From Piedraia hortae CBS 480.64 (Eukaryota), in NCBI GenBank assembly GCA_010093745.1, contig MU005980.1:62001-85444 (forward strand): a DNA stretch of 23,444 bases. The letters are read 5' to 3'. Below the pieces are notes generated by a model, which had not been told where the DNA came from, did not search any database, and saw only the letters and a list, made by a program, of their open reading frames with translations. Numbering within the stretch: position 1 is the stretch's first letter; the number at the start of each line of letters is the position of its first letter. A program made the translations under genes and the position numbers. Shown piece by piece: positions 1 to 9,951 of this stretch.

Positions 1-599
1 AAATCTGCTGAATCTCATCCTTCTGCATGACATTACATCTTGAGCCAACGGAAAGATTAAGTACAACGACCTTCGAAATCCAACGCGATTCCAATCACAC
101 AGGCACGCTTTGGCTTCTGTCTGAATGGAATGATTCTCTTTCAAGTATTAAAATTCTAACCTATCTATACATGGTACTATAACTTCGAGTCTATTAGCAC
201 ATCTGTGCAGTACGATTCCTGCAAAGCCCCGTGCAGGACGCTGTAATGCGTTTTCCATTATCACTGTGCATGGCGGCAGCTCAACTCTCGTGCTCCTCAC
301 CATCGCCCCATAACCATCCGCTCCATAGCTTCCGCCCGCTTCGCTTCACAAATGAACCGCCAGGTCAAGTAAGCCCTCTCTTACTTTGAGATCAAATCTA
401 AATTTGGCTGGTTTAATGCAGTGGCGCTCGGCCGCTAACGGCCGCACAAGGTTTAGGATCTGTTTACACACAGTATACAGCCTTTCTAGCAAGCTCTTTC
501 TCCGCTCAACGAATTGACAGACTGTCCCATGTCTTCCCGGACATTAGACAATGGACGCGGTTTAAGCGCAGAGCGCATGCCTCAATAAAAATTCAAGTT

Positions 600-1716
600 T
601 CGCAGATGTGCGGCTTGTCCTTTTACTGTTATAGCAGCTGGGTCTGGGTGGTCATTCTGGGTTTCCCTCGGCTTCCGTCAGAATAGTGACAAAGCCTCCA
701 GCGTGCGAGATCGCGAGGGCCCTGCCCGTAGTTTATCGTCTCCCGCAGCTGCAGCGGGTGATCAAAGCGCCGCCATATGCCGCGAAATCCAAATACCCGG
801 TTTTCTCTGACAGTGAGTCGGTTGATTGAGGTGGAGCGTGTCGTGTACCTCAGCACTTACCAGCTTGAAAGTTTCGATTCCAAGTCCGTTCAGTGCCGGG
901 ATGCTTGATGTTCGACGAACCTTTTGGCTTCCCCAAAGAAGGCCCGGCTTTTACGTCCCTGACACTACTGATGCAATCTATAGCTTGTTCCTCGTCGAGC
1001 ACGTTCCCGGGACCTGGTTATGCTTAAGGCACCACTTTCCTTTAATGTCGTAGAGTTTGGCATTCTTAAACCCAATGTGCTGAGCAGAGTGCATCCGCTT
1101 TTTACGTCGAAGCGCAATTGCTCCTGGGCGCTGCTTAGATGATTGCGCCTGCATTTACTGCTGCACAAGTCCTGGAACTCAAAAGCAAAGTGAGCCCTCA
1201 CCATGAGTCCCTCGCCATCGTCAAAATTATGAAGAAGATGTATGAACGTCGCTTCGGCCTTTGTCGCTCGTGGAATTAGGCGACATTAATTTTTGGCTTC
1301 CGCAGACAGGAAAATCCATGTGAACAAAGGGCTCCATTACATCTTGTCCTTTGTCGCTGCATTAACACTGGTGAATCTGACACCGCGGAGCGCTGCTACC
1401 CTCCAATCTTGGATGGTGTAGTGTGCTTTCTTAGCTCAAGTGAGTACTGAATTAGAGTGACGATGCAATTGCCTCCAGCATTATCTCTCAAGCCCGCTGC
1501 GCATCACATTTCTCAAGCCTCGAATCTCCACTGAGCTTTGTTACAAAGAGACTCAGATCTATACCAGATTGATAGGCTTACGGATGGGATTAGACTCCAA
1601 GATCTTCCTGGATGGTGGTGCTCACGGCACAACATTAGCATCTGCTGATGAAGTTGGCCCAAGTATCGAGATGCGCAATCCAGGAACGGGGACAATTGGA
1701 AAGTAGAGCTTAACAA
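600..1716 (-). pseudogene. Possible decayed protein-coding gene; 5' end resembles a frameshifted F-box motif
   Basis: Hand translation of the minus strand gives protein-like segments broken by stops and frameshifts. At about 1700-1570, pieces from three frames read LSPFLDCASRYLG / CCAVSTT / RKILESNPI, similar to the F-box pattern LP.E....I..YL....L..C..VS+.WR.+. One frame then runs AKKAHYTIQDWRVAALRG...DKM*WSPLFTWIFLSAEAKN*CRLIP...GEGLMVRAHFAFEFQD into ORF 965..1204. Boundaries are approximate. Confidence 0.25.
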
Positions 1717-1988
1717 TGCACATTAAAAAAGTATAGGCATGAATAACCACCTGAAACTGACGACAGAAGAGGAAATAAGGAAGTCGCGCTCAGAATGGGG
1801 AGGATCAGCTGTCAGCCGGCCAAGAGTTGTAACCTATGGCGCTACCCGTGTTTTAAATGGCTGATAGGTCACGGTAACGGACAGGCAGGCAGTACGCCGG
1901 GGCTCACGGACTTACCAGGGTGGATAGACTGGCAAGATATGAATGCGCCTGTCGTCTATGATACAGGAACTACTGCTAAGGTGGCTCA

Positions 1989-2726
1989 CTAGCGTTTGAA
2001 CGCAGGGATCGCTGACGAAAGCAGCGAGCTAGGTTGCCACTGTTTACCACCCTGCTCGCGCTGAATTTTTTGCATTGCTTCGTTGTTTTGCATAGAGGTA
2101 TTTTGGTACGATGCGCCACCTGAGATGAGACGGCGGTCGGGTACAGCGTGTTGCCGCTGAAGGCAGTTGTCAGCCATATGCCCATGGGTGTTGCACCGTA
2201 CACATCGTTGAAGGGCCACGCGAGCTCGACTGGCTTCCCTGGTAATGCGGCCATCTGCATGCCTTTTGCGTGAAATTCTGTCGAGGGCTCGGAACTTTTT
2301 CGACTGGCAATTGATTATCTGATTGGACGAGGAAGCAGGTAAAGCTGCTAGAGCATCCATTCCCGTTGGCTGATTTGTTGCAGTGCCAATCAATCTGTTC
2401 GCGTTCGATGTAGTGGCTTGAACCAGCGTGGCTTGCCCTTTGTGGGAAGGTTCGCGGTCAGAACGGGTCGGCTGGCGATTTGACCGGGAGCGACGGGTGC
2501 GGCGGGAGCCATCGTGGTGGCGCGGCTTATGGACCTTTTTAGCTTTGCCTAAGCTACAGCCAGAGCAGCGTAAACTTGCTGCGGTGAGGGCTTCCTCGTA
2601 GAGCTCGATGACTCGCTGAGGGTTCGCCTTTAGAGCGGTTTCAAGAATTTTTGGATCGTCCTTCAGGTACGCAAGAGTCCAAAGACCTGAATGCAGAAGA
2701 TTGGAAGGGCTCAATGGGTCAGCCAT
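1989..2726 (-). CDS. Orphan basic protein (245 aa) with a single Gag-type CCHC zinc knuckle
   Basis: Uninterrupted ORF, first ATG at 2726 (MADPLSP; the ORF track starts at a TTG). It contains CVRCNTHGHMADNC = C-X2-C-X4-H-X4-C preceded by an Arg-rich stretch. A possible 3' splice site (GCTAAG...CAG ending at 2740) lies just upstream, so a 5' exon cannot be excluded. Confidence 0.6.
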   Translation of the reverse strand: MADPLSPSNLLHSGLWTLAYLKDDPKILETALKANPQRVIELYEEALTAASLRCSGCSLGKAKKVHKPRHHDGSRRTRRSRSNRQPTRSDREPSHKGQATLVQATTSNANRLIGTATNQPTGMDALAALPASSSNQIINCQSKKFRALDRISRKRHADGRITREASRARVALQRCVRCNTHGHMADNCLQRQHAVPDRRLISGGASYQNTSMQNNEAMQKIQREQGGKQWQPSSLLSSAIPAFKR

Positions 2727-3224
2727 GAGGTGCTTGGATCTGGACAAACGGATTCAAATGATCTTAGCACTAAAGATTGGACTGCTGAAAGCGCTTGCGA
2801 GGGTTATTTGGGCAACCAAGAGGGAGGGATTGCACGACAAATGAAGCTGCGAAGGAGAGCAGAAACAGTGGTGAGCGCCGAAAGCGACAAGGAGTTGTGA
2901 TGGATGGAACGCGACAAATGCAGTGGGCCGTTTGGGTAAAAGCAGAATAAGTTGTGGTAGCACCCAAAGTTGTGTTGCGGCGTTAAACGGAGGTGTGGAC
3001 TGAAGTGTGCCAAGTGGGATAAGGGCGGATTTGTTCCGTGCCTATCAGGTTTTGGCACCGCTATCCGACAAGACGATTTCAGTCATGGCTAAAGTAGCCG
3101 CCACCTTATCCTAGGATAAATCGTTTATTGCATGAAATTGTGTAACATGATTGCACTCGTCTTTAAGAGCACAAGATGGTAATAAATGTCATTTGACATT
3201 GCACCTGCGAAATGTATCGAGCCA

Positions 3225-4421
3225 TTACGCTTTTGGCAAGTTCGTCTTTCGTTTCTTCGTCGTGAATAGTGTCTTGATCCTCCTCAGTCTAGAATCACGC
3301 ACGCGGTCCTGCTCCTCTATGTCTTGACGTGATATACTCCTTGATTCTCTTGTCACACTTGCAACGCCATCATCCATCTCCGCACCAGCAGTGGACCTGG
3401 CATCCTCGCTTGCTGTTCCTTCTAGGTAGAGGCCTCCAGATTTTCGTGTCTTTTCTCGAACAAAGGTCGAACACACGCGCGATAGAATCTCACAGGCGTT
3501 TTTGCCAGCAAGCGTGTCCGTAGCTTGCTGCGTTTGAGGATTTCTCCACGGACAATGCTCACGATGCATTGAAACCAGGTCGATGATGTTGTGGTCAGAC
3601 TGATTTTTATCTTCAGTTTCACAACGCTGATACATCCACAGTCCAATGCGTTGGAAACATGCGTTGCAGTGTAGTAGATCGTTGCCCGTGTCAGAGGCTC
3701 CATGCCAACCATGCATGGCCACTTGCAACAGTTTCGCCGCTGTTTTGGATGATTTTTGGGCCTCATCTGATCCAAGAATATTTGTTGGTAGTCCTACAAG
3801 GATGTCATCTGGGGGGAGGGTGTGTAAACCGTCCGACACGCCTTTGACAGCAACACTGTCGATAGTTTCGGAAATGCTCTGTAGAGACTGGAGTCTCTGG
3901 CGCAGTTGCGGCTGCCAGATGGATGGCTGAATGACAGACAGACGGTATATATTGTCTTTGCAGCCAGCCTCGCGCCAGAGACACAACTCCGTATGACCGT
4001 AGACTATCAATTCTTTGTACCGATCTACGAGTGCGTTTGTGGCTTCCTCATCTTCGCTCTCGGTTTCTTCGTATGGTGAGGAGAACTTTACCACCACCCG
4101 TTGTTCACACCCTCCTTTACACGCGACCGTGTTCACGTCGACGCAAACCCAGCCTCGCTTTGCCCATTCAACCTCTCCGATGACCTCTGGTTTGGGATGC
4201 CACATGCTGACACTGCTGAAGGTTTTCAAGCGCTCAAGAAAGCTCGGCTGCGACCAAGGCGCGAACTGGGGGGTCTTCAAAGTGATTGTGGAGTCCATTA
4301 TGGCCGAGTTTGATCGACGGAGTCGCTTCGTCGCACGCTCTGGACGGAGGTTCGTGTTACTATTGATGGCATCAAGAGCTTTGTAGAATTTGCGCTTGGT
4401 TGTGGCGATGGCTTCGGGCAT
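3225..4421 (-). CDS. C3HC zinc-finger / Rsm1-like protein (NIPA/ZC3HC1, S. pombe Rsm1, Pml39 family)
   Basis: 398-aa intronless ORF from ATG 4421 (MPEAIATTKRKFYKALD). Family motifs: FAPWSQPSFLERLKTF, WAKRGWVC, C-KGG-C...H...C-LW (first C3HC); HGW...LHCNACFQRIGLW...HREHCPW (second module); basic C-terminal NLS-like tail. Confidence 0.9.
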   Translation of the reverse strand: MPEAIATTKRKFYKALDAINSNTNLRPERATKRLRRSNSAIMDSTITLKTPQFAPWSQPSFLERLKTFSSVSMWHPKPEVIGEVEWAKRGWVCVDVNTVACKGGCEQRVVVKFSSPYEETESEDEEATNALVDRYKELIVYGHTELCLWREAGCKDNIYRLSVIQPSIWQPQLRQRLQSLQSISETIDSVAVKGVSDGLHTLPPDDILVGLPTNILGSDEAQKSSKTAAKLLQVAMHGWHGASDTGNDLLHCNACFQRIGLWMYQRCETEDKNQSDHNIIDLVSMHREHCPWRNPQTQQATDTLAGKNACEILSRVCSTFVREKTRKSGGLYLEGTASEDARSTAGAEMDDGVASVTRESRSISRQDIEEQDRVRDSRLRRIKTLFTTKKRKTNLPKA

Positions 4422-4608
4422 TGTTGATGCGATGATTTGGAGGTGAAGTCGCGCGTCCCCGGATTTCCCCGACGTCACTCCACAGATTCCCCGGAAACTC
4501 CCCGCATGTAGCATTTTCCAGAAGCTTTGGCCGACCTTCCAGAAGTTCCACACTAGGCTCGAAATACTTTTTCTCAAACTACCCTCGAATTAAATCGCAA
4601 CCTTAACA
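4422..4608. promoter_or_regulatory. Short bidirectional promoter between the Rsm1-like gene and DPH2
   Basis: Only 187 bp separate the two divergent ATGs. It contains two copies of TTCCAGAAG (about 4516 and 4537; nTTCnnGAAn, partial heat-shock-element form) and a GACGTCA ATF/CREB-like site near 4471. Confidence 0.5.
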
Positions 4609-6102
4609 ATGGAGTCTTCAGCGCCCATCCTATCAACCCCGGCGGAACACATCTTGGAAGCATCAGCAGACCAAGAAATAACCCCAAGCCGTACATCCAC
4701 TTCTCAACTGCACATACAATACGAAATCAAGCGTACTATCGATGAAGTCCGCCAAGGGAACTGGAAGCGCATCGCATTGCAATTTCCCGATGAGATGTTA
4801 GTCGATGCTCCACGTGTCTTCGAAGCACTGCGATCAGGCCTGAAAGATACTATCGACAAGATTTTCATTTTGGGTGATACTTCCTATGGAAGTTGCTGCG
4901 TCGATGAGGTTGCTGCGGAGCACATGCATGCCGATATAGTCGTACACTACGGTAGAGCCTGCCTATCTCCTACAACCAGGTTGCCGGTCATCTACGTCTT
5001 TACCTTCATGCCCCTCGATATCGATGCGGTGGTAGCTGAATTCGAAAAATTATTTGCAAATAAGGAAGAGAAGGTTTGCCTGATGGCAGAATTACCATAC
5101 CAGCACCACATAATGCCACTCTCCAAACGTCTGCGCTTGGACGGGTATGAGCACGTTTTTACCACCGAAGCAGTTCGAGATCCAGCATCACCGTTGCCAA
5201 ATCGTACAGTTCCGCCTGAAACACAAGCTTCTCCCAGCGACCTTCGAGAGTACAGCATATACCATCTTTCCACTCCGCCAACATCCCTTCTTCTGACACT
5301 CTCCTCACGGGTAAAGAATATCCACATCTTCCACGATGTGCCTGGATCCTCACCGCCTCCGCCAACAGCCCAAATCCTGAAAAGACGCTACGCTCTCATA
5401 ACCCGACTATCCTCAGCATCCATTTTCGGCATTCTCATCAACACCCTCTCCGTCAAAAACTACATGGAAGCGCTGCATCACTGCCAATCTTTAATCAAAA
5501 AGAGCGGTAAGAAGAGCTACGTTTTTGTCGTTGGCAAGTTGAACCCAGCTAAAGTAGCCAACTTCTCTGAAATTGATGGCTGGGTCGTGATCGGCTGCTG
5601 GGAGAGCAGTCTCGTCGAGAGCAAAGAGTTCTACAGGCCCATCATCACTCCCTTTGAGCTCGAACTCGCTCTCAAACGTGACAACGACCGAGTCTGGGAT
5701 GGTGATTGGATCTCAGACTTCTCACAATTGCTCAACCTTCGTTCAGCCACAGGTGGCTCTCCCTCTCACTCAGAAGGTGATGATGGTGAGGATGAATTGC
5801 CCGAATTTGACCTTCACACAGGTCGCTACGTAAGCAGTACGAGGCCCTTACGTTGCGGGCGTCGGAAGGATGAAGAGCAACATGCGGATGAGACTGGAAA
5901 GCAAAACGAGAATGGTGTTTTGATCAAGAAAACTCCGCTTCAACTCGCGAATAACATCAACGGGACGCTTTCCCCTGCTGCAGAGTATCTGCGTACCAAG
6001 CGAACGTGGAAAGGTTTGGGGAGTGATTACGAGATCAAGTACGAGGAGGGCGCCGTCATGGAGGAAGGAAAAAAAGGCCTGGCCAGAGCTTATATTGATT
6101 GA
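4609..6102 (+). CDS. DPH2: Diphthamide biosynthesis protein 2 (2-(3-amino-3-carboxypropyl)histidine synthase subunit 2)
   Basis: 497-aa intronless ORF with IALQFPDEML, ILGDTSYGSCCVDEVAAEH, VVHYGRACLS, VVGKLNPAKVANFSEIDGWVVIGCWE, PIITPFEL, RTWKGL and a C-terminal EEG..G.A..Y motif, all typical of fungal Dph2. Confidence 0.96.
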   Translation: MESSAPILSTPAEHILEASADQEITPSRTSTSQLHIQYEIKRTIDEVRQGNWKRIALQFPDEMLVDAPRVFEALRSGLKDTIDKIFILGDTSYGSCCVDEVAAEHMHADIVVHYGRACLSPTTRLPVIYVFTFMPLDIDAVVAEFEKLFANKEEKVCLMAELPYQHHIMPLSKRLRLDGYEHVFTTEAVRDPASPLPNRTVPPETQASPSDLREYSIYHLSTPPTSLLLTLSSRVKNIHIFHDVPGSSPPPPTAQILKRRYALITRLSSASIFGILINTLSVKNYMEALHHCQSLIKKSGKKSYVFVVGKLNPAKVANFSEIDGWVVIGCWESSLVESKEFYRPIITPFELELALKRDNDRVWDGDWISDFSQLLNLRSATGGSPSHSEGDDGEDELPEFDLHTGRYVSSTRPLRCGRRKDEEQHADETGKQNENGVLIKKTPLQLANNINGTLSPAAEYLRTKRTWKGLGSDYEIKYEEGAVMEEGKKGLARAYID

Positions 6103-6513
6103 GAGCAAAAAAATGAGCGAGGCTCTGCATTAGAGTAATGATTAAATATGAAGACGTGGAAATGAAGGAGAACGGGCTGTACTATTCGACGCAACAAGCC
6201 AATTACTTTTGGCTGAATCTTCTCGATTCGATGACAGACTTTTCTTCGCTTCTACTATTGGTCATCTAACCTTGATCTTCTGTAAAAAGATACGCTTGCT
6301 TGTGCCTATGCCACACCTACTGGCAAGGTAAATTCTAGTTCTCGTAACGAGCACAACCTATCTGAAATGGCATCCTGCTAGCTTTACTGGCTGGAATGGC
6401 TCATCAAGATTTCGGCAACAAAGGGTGTTCGGTTGAGAAGAATTCCTAACCTTGGCAATTATGTGGAGCAAATAACAAGAACCGGAAACTGTTAACCTAT
6501 GCAACCAATTGAT

Positions 6514-7644
6514 CTAGTCTATCACCCCTGGCGGCCTGTAGATTATATCATGGTCGCCATACATGTCATATGGCCCCGGAACCTCGCGACAACGCGGTAT
6601 CAGAGCGGTTCGCTCAGAAGATCTAGAGGTCTTCGACGATGACGTACAGGTAGAGCCAGTTTCATCTGGCAACGAGAGAGTCGAGAAAAAAATCTCTATG
6701 GGGAAGCATGACCCCTTGGACAAAGTGGCTCCCGAGATTCCATCGACGTTCGAGAAGTCAAGCCAGATGTGGATGGTGTGGGAGATGGCGATGCTTTTGT
6801 AATCGACATCCGGCCTGCATTGTGTTACCGACTCAGGGAGCTTGATGTTTGCGGTCAGTTTGTAATACCCATTCGATGACCTCGAATCATCGTTCTTCTT
6901 GATGAGAGGATTCCGCGGGATGTTAACGGTTTCCTTTACAAGAATAGCCTTGGTGTTGGTCACCTCGTTTTCCCCTCCCAAGAACGTCAGGTTGGTCATC
7001 ATATCTTCATGAAGCTCCAGCCTTACTCGCTCCAGGATTGTTGATCGGTCCAGTGGCGTAATCTCAAAGAAGACGTTGACGGAGCTTCCGAAAGCCACCG
7101 CGCGTGAAGCATCAACCTTGTACGATACTGCGCAAGGGAAAAGCTTCTCTTCGATCAAGTACCGCGGCGCGTATGCAGACGTCCAAGCCGGCACTCGGAT
7201 GATGCGAATGGGAACCCCTTTGGCCAAGATCTCGGACTTCATCCAATTTTCACGACCACAAAAGACTCGACCACCCAGGATCCATTTCACGCGAAATCTC
7301 GTCACACCCTCCACGGTTTCCGGGAGCTGTGATGGGATTTTGAAATCGAATGGCCACTCAACAACTCCGGCGGGGTATTTTTGCCCCAAAGGACCTAACA
7401 CCACCTGGCTTTCTCTATGGATAATTTCGTGTTTTTCCATAGGGTCACTTCGCCCACTGGTCTCAAACTGGAACCGAGTAGATTCCCTCGCGATCAACCT
7501 GGCAGAAGGGTTCAGGACGATCATCTCCCTTGGCAGGATGAGGCGAACAATGCCTCGCAACCCAGAGGAATCAGTATCGGGTCCATGTCCGTGAAAGATT
7601 ACAGTTGTTGTTTCCGGAATGATCTCTAACTTAGGCTTGACCAT
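6514..7644 (-). CDS. Divergent alpha-arrestin (Arrestin_N + Arrestin_C; Rod1/CreD-like ubiquitin-ligase adaptor)
   Basis: 376-aa ORF from ATG 7644. LRGIVRLIL; YPAGVVEWPFDFKIPSQLPETVEG (arrestin-N signature); PIRIIRVP linker; AVAFGSSVNVFFEITPL; LPESVTQCRPD...IAISHTIHIWLDFSNVDG...FPIEIF (arrestin-C). Confidence 0.85.
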   Translation of the reverse strand: MVKPKLEIIPETTTVIFHGHGPDTDSSGLRGIVRLILPREMIVLNPSARLIARESTRFQFETSGRSDPMEKHEIIHRESQVVLGPLGQKYPAGVVEWPFDFKIPSQLPETVEGVTRFRVKWILGGRVFCGRENWMKSEILAKGVPIRIIRVPAWTSAYAPRYLIEEKLFPCAVSYKVDASRAVAFGSSVNVFFEITPLDRSTILERVRLELHEDMMTNLTFLGGENEVTNTKAILVKETVNIPRNPLIKKNDDSRSSNGYYKLTANIKLPESVTQCRPDVDYKSIAISHTIHIWLDFSNVDGISGATLSKGSCFPIEIFFSTLSLPDETGSTCTSSSKTSRSSERTALIPRCREVPGPYDMYGDHDIIYRPPGVID

Positions 7645-8684
7645 GATGTTATATGCAGATCTCAATTTTATATTTTGGCCGCGATCGTACGCCCTTTTAT
7701 TTCTTGTTCTCTGCTCGTGATTGTAGGAAAGTGACTTTGATATGACCCGCAGTTAATGGAGTAAATTCCCTGATATCATATGTGAGTGTTGCGTCTTATG
7801 CGTCTCTATGGCAAGCAGAGCGGCACGTGTTGGCGTGCGGAATGTGAATGCACAAACCACGTTCAATGGTCTTTTATTTACACACCAAAGCTTTCATACT
7901 GGAAAACGTTGCTGCTCACGACTGAGTAGAAGAATACAATGTAAGGCGACAGAATGGAAAGGATGGACCGTGAGTCTTATATATGGCCGACACAACACAC
8001 AAGCAATCGCACGTCTTTCTCAGTCCTGCAATTGCAAATGGGAGGCAGAATCTCGCTGTATCTGTAAAACATGGCAAGAGCCTACGAGCACATTACGCAA
8101 AAGTACGAGACAAGTACGGCTTTGCCGTTTGACGACCAGCGTCACTTCCTGAACATCGACTTCATAGGATTACGTTCTTGCATGCATGGCGAATGATCTT
8201 CCATCATTGTGCAACTACGGCCAAGCAAACTTGCTTATGAAATCAAGTTTACATCCGCCTTCCGAGCGATCAGCTAAGCGTGCCAGGCTAACTAACACCA
8301 CCTGCATGACTCTCCAATTTTCGACTTGGTCCTCTAATGCGACAAAGAGACCGGGAAGTCATTCAACAGTCGGGCTATCTAAGCGGGAGAAGCACACATC
8401 ATTTGCCTTTTCTTAAAGATGAACTGACAAGTTACGCTACAAACGCCGACGAAGGCACATCGCCCAGAATCAGCTCGTGTGGACATGGAGCGAGATATTG
8501 GACCCGCATAGAAGTGTGGACCCTCGCTGAACTCTCATTGGCCGTGTAACGGAAAGCACTTGGTTTGGGCACAGACCCAGGTTCGAGCGAGGGCTGCTAC
8601 ATATACCCACCTTGAGATACTGTACTCATCAAGACGAAGGGTTTATCGCTATGATAGCATGCCTGCTCGAGTTTAGTGCCACAT

Positions 8685-8792
8685 TTCAGCCAATCAGGCG
8701 GGGACCATAATCGGGGCCGCCATCGGCTCTCTCTACTACACATACCTATTCTAGGTTAGTGGGAAAATGACAGCTCTGTCTGATTGGCCGAA
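8685..8792. repeat. 19-bp imperfect inverted repeat, each arm containing a CCAATCAG box
   Basis: TTCAGCCAATCAGGCGGGG (8685-8703) versus CTCTGTCTGATTGGCCGAA (8774-8792): 15 Watson-Crick pairs, 3 G-T and 1 A-C. Confidence 0.6.
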
Positions 8793-8891
8793 GTACAGAA
8801 TTGGGCTAATGTAGGCACGCTAGCCATAAACCCTTCATTTCGAGTAAGTACGGTATTCCTTGCAAGTTGGGGGGGTGGATGGGTGAGCTCA

Positions 8892-8909
8892 AAGGGGACC
8901 AATCAGAAG
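8892..8909 (+). promoter_or_regulatory. AGGGG (STRE-like) + CCAAT-box composite motif upstream of the SKP1-like gene
   Basis: AAGGGGACCAATCAGAAG; its exact reverse complement occurs at 17408-17425 upstream of the SNF2 gene. Confidence 0.45.
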
Positions 8910-9389
8910 AGGTTCCTAATATGGGGTAAGCAAGGGGTAGCCCGTGAAAAGTGAAAACGCAGTCACGTTTCCACAGTTTGGTCACTGTTCAATTCTCAAA
9001 CCAAAAATTTCCTAGTCAGGGTTGCAACGAAACTGAACTTTACGTGGAAGCCCGCTGCAAAACGTTTACCATTGCAGTGGTGCGTCTCGGTGCAATCGTC
9101 TTCACTCCGAGCATCCCAGGCCATGGAGGAATTCATTGCCCAAAACGCTTGCATGTGGGATAATCCTCACGTCTTCTCTGAGTATACACGACGAAGTCCT
9201 ATGCGCAAGTCATTCGGTTGAAAATTTTCCCGATTCGTGATGTGAGTCCTAATCCAATACCGTGAACTGATCGCTGTCAATCCCCTCTCATCTGAGTTTT
9301 GCCAAGCCCTCTCGCCTTTTGTATTTCTTCCGCACCCCAAATCTCTAACTCCGCTCTTCCCACAACATACAAGAGACACAAACTAAATC

Positions 9390-9951
9390 ATGAATACCAT
9401 GTCTACTCAAGAGAACCCTGTTACCGTCGTAAGCTCGGACGGCGTGGAGGTCGTGACCACGCGCAAAGCCGCCGAGTGCTCGCTACTTTTGAAAGATATG
9501 TTCGCCGATTTTGGCATCATTACTTCTGAGTCCCTCCCAGTCATGAATGTAAAATACACCAAACCTACCCTCAATGCCCTTCAGATCGCTAACAGAATAG
9601 GTCAAGGGAGCAATTCTCCACAAGGTCGTGGAGTGGTGCGTCCAGCACCAGGACGAGCCTCAGCCTCTGGACCCGGTCGGTTAAGCCGCCTTAGCAGTGC
9701 AAGATGAACCCTATCAGATGGATAACTTCGACCGAAAATTCCTCAAAGTCGACCATACCATGCTGTTCGAAATCATCCTGGCCGCCAACTACCTGGACAT
9801 CCCCGGCCTAATGGATGTCAGCTGCAAGGCGGCGGCATTGCTGCTTAAGAAGATGAAGCGCAAGGAAATTCGCGCCATGCTTAACATCAAGATGGACCTC
9901 TCTGACCAGGAAGTGGGGATGCTGTTGCGTAATTTCGAATGGGCGCATTGA
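9390..9951 (+). pseudogene. Divergent SKP1 paralogue; 2 exons (9390-9548, 9601-9951) with one in-frame TAA at 9682-9684
   Basis: Exon 1: VTVVSSDGVEV...AAECSLLLKDMFADFG...LPVMN. 52-nt intron GTAAAA...GCTAAC.AGAATAG. Exon 2: VKGAILHKVVEWCVQH...[50 protein letters not shown]...EIRAMLNIKMD...EWAH. The SKP1 POZ and F-box-binding regions are clear and the frame is kept across the stop. The start could be 9390 or 9399. Confidence 0.88.

Noticed and set aside
4422..4577. N-terminal extensions from TTG/GTG starts in the ORF track (4577; also 2747, 7665, 17257, 21972)
   Set aside because: Eukaryotic locus, so the first in-frame ATG was used; the extensions show no family similarity and the 4577 one would fill the DPH2 promoter.
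7800..8620. Short plus-strand ORFs (7808, 8186, 8337) as a decayed gene
   Set aside because: All frames have multiple stops and no recognisable motif; it may be a pseudogene but I cannot support a call.
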